Below are positions 1 through 1,104 of a stretch of 1,104 bases of DNA, piece after piece (position 1 is the stretch's first letter; every line of letters starts with the position of its first letter). Below the pieces are notes generated by a model that ran no database searches, was not told the DNA's origin, and saw only the letters and a list, made by a program, of their open reading frames with translations. The DNA lies in NCBI GenBank assembly GCA_000004985.1, contig GG739558.1. The stretch is one strand, 5' to 3'. A program made the position numbers and the translations under genes. Source of the stretch: Naegleria gruberi. Lineage: Eukaryota.

Positions 1-807
1 CACCTGACTATTAGATTTGCTTGCTTTGTAAACAACTGATAATCCAGTGTGAAGTGTTTGAATGTTAGTATAATTTGAAAATTGAGTATTTAAAAGTAAA
101 ATAGAGTTTTGAAGTGCAAATACTCTGAATTTTTCTTTTGGTGTCATTGATGATGAAATGACAACACCATCTATTGCTAATGGTTGTTCCATTTCAATAA
201 TAATTTCAGGAAATTTAGGAATCAGCTCCATCAAGTCGTTTTGGATTTCTGATTTTCTTTCGTGCATGTTTGATAATTCCTGAATCATGTCAGAAAGTTT
301 CTTCTCCAATCTTTCAATTTCCTCAACTTTACCAATCTTGTTTCTTTTTTGAGTTTTAATTTCGAATATAAGTGTGTCTTTAGCATATTCAATATCTTCT
401 ATTTTGTCTTTGATTTCAGCTAGTGACTTGAACAAATCTTTCTTTTTCAATTTCAATTTGTTAACATTTTGGAAACATTCAAAATTAACTTCATGTTCTC
501 TCAAACTATTTTCAACTCTTTCAATTTCATTTATCAACTCTCTCTTATCATTATCAAATTCATCCAACTTTCCGCTATAATTTTCAAAAATTAAATCTTC
601 AATTCTGTTTCTTTCTTCAAGTAGCTGATTTAATTCTTTGAATTCAATATTCTTTCCACAAGTGGACATTTCAGAGATTTGTTTTTCAATTCTATTCAAT
701 TCTTTTTTAAGTGAATGAATGGTTTGAGATGCTTTTGGAATTCTCACAACTTGTTTAACATTTGGAATACGAGAAGCTTCTTTAAGTTGATTCTCCAAGC
801 TTTCATT
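1..807 (-). CDS. Exon 3 (3'-most in window) of a partial coiled-coil protein gene. It runs 269 codons to the window edge with no stop. The translation begins NESLENQLKEASRIPNVKQVVRIPKASQTIHSLKKELNRIEKQISEMSTCGKNIEFKELNQLLEERNRIEDLIFENYSGKLDEFDNDKRELINEIERVENSLREHEVNFECFQNVNKLKLKKKDLFKSLAEIKDKIEDIEYAKDTLIFEIKTQKRNKIGKVEEIERLEKKLSDMIQELSNMHERKSEIQNDLMELIPKFPEIIIEMEQPLAIDGVVISSSMTPKEKFRVFALQ... and ends ...KASKSNSQV.
   Basis: Manual reverse-complement translation gives an 807-nt open frame with no stop on the minus strand, in DNA that is about 72% A+T, where chance stop codons are frequent. The composition is K/E/L/I/N/R-rich with a heptad-like pattern typical of a coiled coil. Codon usage (GAA, AAA, ATT, TTG/CTT, GGA, CCA) fits Caenorhabditis-like nematodes. 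Upstream in the same frame there is a stop at 817..819 (+ coordinates), which matches an intron boundary at 807/808. The frame continues off the window at position 1. Confidence 0.8.
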
Positions 808-844
808 CTTTAAAAATTATTAATAGTAGGTATGTAAAACAAAC
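808..844 (-). other. Intron (37 nt) of the minus-strand gene. On the minus strand it reads GTTTGTTTTACATACCTACTATTAATAATTTTTAAAG, with donor AAG|GTTTGT and acceptor TTTTTAAAG|AAT.
   Basis: Reading through from the upstream exon in frame hits TGA at + 803..805. Removing these 37 nt joins two long in-frame coiled-coil-like segments: ...RTLCEK | NESLENQLK.... GT and AG dinucleotides sit at the boundaries. The intron is very AT-rich (about 19% GC). Its length of 37 (3n+1) gives the frame shift that is needed. Confidence 0.55.
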
Positions 845-982
845 CTTTTCACAAAGAGTTCTGATAGTCTTTTCTTGCTCACTCAAGTTGTACTCATTCA
901 CTTTCAACAATTTCTCCAAATGTTGAATTCGTAATTGTGAGATTTTATCCTTTAATTCATCCAAAGTATATTCGAGATTGAA
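845..982 (-). CDS. Exon 2 of the coiled-coil protein gene, 46 codons in phase 0: FNLEYTLDELKDKISQLRIQHLEKLLKVNEYNLSEQEKTIRTLCEK.
   Basis: This is a 138-nt open segment in frame. It follows an AG acceptor (ccaatattag|TTC) and precedes a GT donor. The coiled-coil-like composition continues, and both splice phases are consistent (phase 0 at both ends). Confidence 0.7.
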
Positions 983-1027
983 CTAATATTGGACTATATT
1001 TGACACTTATCTGAAAACTAAACTTAC
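983..1027 (-). other. Intron (45 nt) of the minus-strand gene. On the minus strand it reads GTAAGTTTAGTTTTCAGATAAGTGTCAAATATAGTCCAATATTAG.
   Basis: A consensus GTAAGTT donor follows the codon AAA directly (exon ends at + 1028). All three frames downstream of the internal TTTTCAG reach a stop. The coding frame itself has TAA and TAG inside this segment. The intron therefore has to run to the AG at + 983..984, after which the frame reads TTC AAT CTC GAA... in phase 0. A length of 45 nt is typical of small nematode introns. Confidence 0.6.
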
Positions 1028-1104
1028 TTTCGGTTTGATTTTTTTATCATATTCTTTTCTTTCTTCTTTTCCTATTCGAGCATTCTTGGCAAGTAATAAT
1101 TTTA
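1028..1104 (-). CDS. Exon 1 in this window (5'-most), partial: 2 nt plus 25 codons, KLLLAKNARIGKEERKEYDKKIKPK. The frame is open to the window edge.
   Basis: The frame is open from the window edge to a GTAAGTT donor that sits exactly on a codon boundary. The K/E/R-rich composition matches the downstream exons. On the + strand the (GAA)n-like purine-rich coding appears as a polypyrimidine run at 1053..1073. Confidence 0.55.

Noticed and set aside
60-120. TATA-like and A/T-rich motifs (tataatttgaaaattgagtatttaaaag) that might be promoter elements.
   Set aside because: They sit inside a continuous open coding frame of the minus-strand gene. In about 72% A+T sequence, TATA-like strings are expected by chance. 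No downstream start or ORF supports a promoter call.
374-580. The 68-aa + strand ORF from the supplied track (MSLAYSISSILSLISASDLNKSFFFNFNLL...).
   Set aside because: It is low-complexity (S/L/F/I/N-rich) and lies antisense to a well-supported minus-strand coding exon. Such ORFs arise because the reverse complement of GAA/AAA/ATT-rich codons is TTC/TTT/AAT-rich with few stops. It shows no codon bias and no splice or start context worth noting.
824-840. A + strand donor-like motif GTATGT (tagtaggtatgtaaaac), suggesting a + strand intron or gene.
   Set aside because: There is no supporting open frame on the + strand on either side. The motif lies inside the minus-strand intron, where AT-rich sequence produces such matches by chance.
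1005-1027. Treating GTAAGTTTAGTTTTCAG (17 nt) as a complete micro-intron.
   Set aside because: It is far below any plausible minimum intron length. Every frame after this TTTTCAG runs into a stop within 18 codons, so it cannot connect exon 1 to the downstream coding frame.
1-1104. A prokaryotic or phage interpretation (operon, defence system, CRISPR, mobile element).
   Set aside because: No frame gives a long uninterrupted ORF with a start codon and RBS. The coding signal is split by two GT..AG segments that carry in-frame stops, with a nematode-like GTAAGTT donor and a TTTTCAG motif. That is diagnostic of spliced eukaryotic nuclear DNA. There are no direct-repeat plus spacer arrays, inverted terminal repeats or tRNA-like structures.

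Overview
This window is an AT-rich eukaryotic sequence (about 72% A+T), not a prokaryotic one. It contains part of one protein-coding gene on the minus strand, split by two very short introns (45 nt and 37 nt). The 5' part of the gene lies at high coordinates and the 3' part at low coordinates. The reading frame is open at both window edges. No start codon or stop codon of the gene is visible. Reverse-complementing and translating by hand gives three exons: 1104..1028 (25 codons plus 2 nt), 982..845 (46 codons) and 807..1 (269 codons with no stop). The product is rich in Lys, Glu, Ile, Leu, Asn and Arg with a heptad-like pattern, so it looks like a long coiled-coil protein. Near the low-coordinate end it changes to a non-coiled, more hydrophobic segment (PLAIDGVVISSSMTPKEKFRVFALQNSILLLNTQFSNYTNIQTLHTGLSVVYKASKSNSQV). 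I cannot assign it to a named family from sequence alone. Candidates such as SMC/Rad50-like, kinetochore or golgin-type coiled coils were considered, but no diagnostic motif such as a CXXC hook, an ABC signature or a hinge is present. Several features point to a nematode (Caenorhabditis-like) origin. The minus strand shows a GTAAGTT donor and a TTTTCAG motif, the introns are tiny, and the codon preferences fit (GGA for Gly, CCA for Pro, AGA/CGT/CGA for Arg, TTG/CTT for Leu). The provided ORF track missed the gene because it is interrupted by introns and has no stop in the window. The one ORF the track does list (374..580, + strand) is a low-complexity antisense artefact of the coiled-coil coding region. 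I see no RNA genes, mobile elements, CRISPR arrays or other defence-type or accessory systems. This looks like an ordinary spliced eukaryotic gene body. The most interesting details are the splicing oddities described in the findings.
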